Assembly (NCBI GenBank): GCA_038087875.1
Contig: CM075985.1
Coordinates: 6,882,001 to 6,946,000, forward strand
Length of the DNA stretch: 64,000 nucleotides
Reading direction: 5' to 3'
Source: Malacoraja senta
Lineage: Eukaryota
The notes under the pieces are model-generated. The model worked only from the letters and a program-made list of their open reading frames with translations. It was not told the origin of the DNA and made no database searches. Positions 62,669 through 64,000 of the stretch are shown one piece after another. The number at the start of each line of letters is the position of its first letter. Position 1 is the stretch's first letter. A program made the position numbers and the translations under genes.

Positions 62669-64000
62669 AATAGTAAGATTAAATGAGAACTTACCAGTTT
62701 GAAGTTTGATCTTTATTTTATGAGGAGTAACGATGAGGGATTACGTGAAGAGCCCGTCAGCACGCATGCGCATCAACCTTCAAAGCAGCGGTGTGGAGTC
62801 ACAGACAGGAACCGATTGACCTGAGAATAGTAAGATTCAAGACACTAGAAATACCAGTTAGCTTTATGAGGAAGGGTTTGGGAGTGGAGGGCACGTAATC
62901 CCGCATCGTTACTCCTCATAAAATAAAGATCAAACTTCAAACTGGTAAGTTCTCGTTTAATCTTACTATTTTACTTCGGAGTCACGTGAGTGACTACGTG
63001 AAGATTTTAAAGCTCTGTGACTCCATGCCGTGGAACGAATCCATGCGTCACACACTGTATAGTTGACAAACGAATAATGGAAACTGTTCAGTCATGGTAT
63101 TCGAACAGTAACAATTTAATGGAAAACAGAACAAAACAACAGTGGTCACCTCTCTACTCGAGAGGGACTATGCAATAGAACTTAAAACTAAGTTAGCAAA
63201 CACGCTCGTTCTCGCTAAAGGTTTATTATAAAACATTTGGAACGTGCGTGCTGAGGACCACCCTGCGGCCGACAGAATCTGGTCCAGTGGGACGTCCATG
63301 CTTCTCGCTGCGGACGTAGCTGCAGCCCTGGTGGAATGAGATTTGAACATTTTAGTATCAACACCTGAATGGGCTATAACTAGTTTGAGCCACCTGGAAA
63401 TGGTCTGGGTAGAGACCCTCTTGTGTGGCTTCTTATGGCTGATTAGAAGTGCTAGCTCCGAACCTCTAAGTTGTTTGGTAACTTTGATATATTGTCTGAG
63501 GTAACGAACTACACACAACTCGGGATCCAAAGGATATGCTATGAACTGTAATTTAAGCCCCGAGGACCCTGGTCTACTTTGTTAATGTTGTCGTACACGA
63601 AAAAGGTGAACCCACTGTCTGAAGTGAGCATACTATCCAACCGTAGCTTTTGCAAGGATTGGACCCTCTGAGCCGACACTAAAGCCATCAGCATGACCAC
63701 CTTGTGTGTCAGCTGGAGTAGAGACAGGGAAGATGGTGGAGCCCATGAGCGTAGTGATTTAAGAAACACCCCTACATCCCAAATTTCTGTGTATCTGGGC
63801 CTGGGAGGGTTAGAATTGAAAACTCCCTTCATGAACCTAGAAACTAATGGATGCGATCCCACAGCCAGTTGTTGTGAACCTGAATGTAAATATGATGAAA
63901 GAGCACTCCTTGCACTATTTATTGCACTATAACTTAATCTCTCATCATGGTATAAATGTGAGAGAAACTCCAGAACATGTGTGATATGCACTTCGTCATA
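62669..64000 (-). mobile_element. Second DIRS1-type element, 3' part (continues beyond window)
   Basis: Recombinase ORFs 63539-63991 and 63168-63530 (HSTRAA, AAGW, FYNKP); ICR 62892-63003; right ITR 62669-62775. Confidence 0.92.

Overview
Vertebrate nuclear DNA, most likely a cartilaginous fish (skate/ray). This is inferred from the repeat set: HE1/V-SINE, Deu-domain SINE and shark-type CR1. The whole window lies inside one large + strand collagen gene. I read 17 phase-0 Gly-X-Y exons by eye between 3611 and 61175 (1083 nt, 361 aa). Their size series and helix imperfections match the C-terminal triple helix of collagen VII (human COL7A1 exons ~92-111, from recall), so the gene is probably the col7a1-like paralogue. 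The ORF track misses all of them as spliced exons. The introns are packed with transposable elements: two near-full CR1 LINEs plus fragments; Penelope-like elements whose terminal repeats carry minimal hammerhead ribozyme cores in about 15 copies; V-SINEs and a Deu-domain SINE; a fold-back Tc1 with nested CR1 and Harbinger-type MITE; two other TIR elements; a deleted Gypsy element; and two divergent DIRS tyrosine-recombinase retrotransposons. A 200-N assembly gap sits at 34931-35130. The most interesting signals are (i) a co-varying 12-bp stem enclosing the DIRS internal complementary region, which the known ICR templating does not explain; (ii) the hammerhead repeats and their fold-back pairs; (iii) a candidate intron in the DIRS 5' leader; and (iv) signs of relaxed constraint in the collagen (five Gly->Ala/Ser changes, three expected exons not found, possible decayed remnants). 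All coordinates and comparisons were made by eye with no database search.
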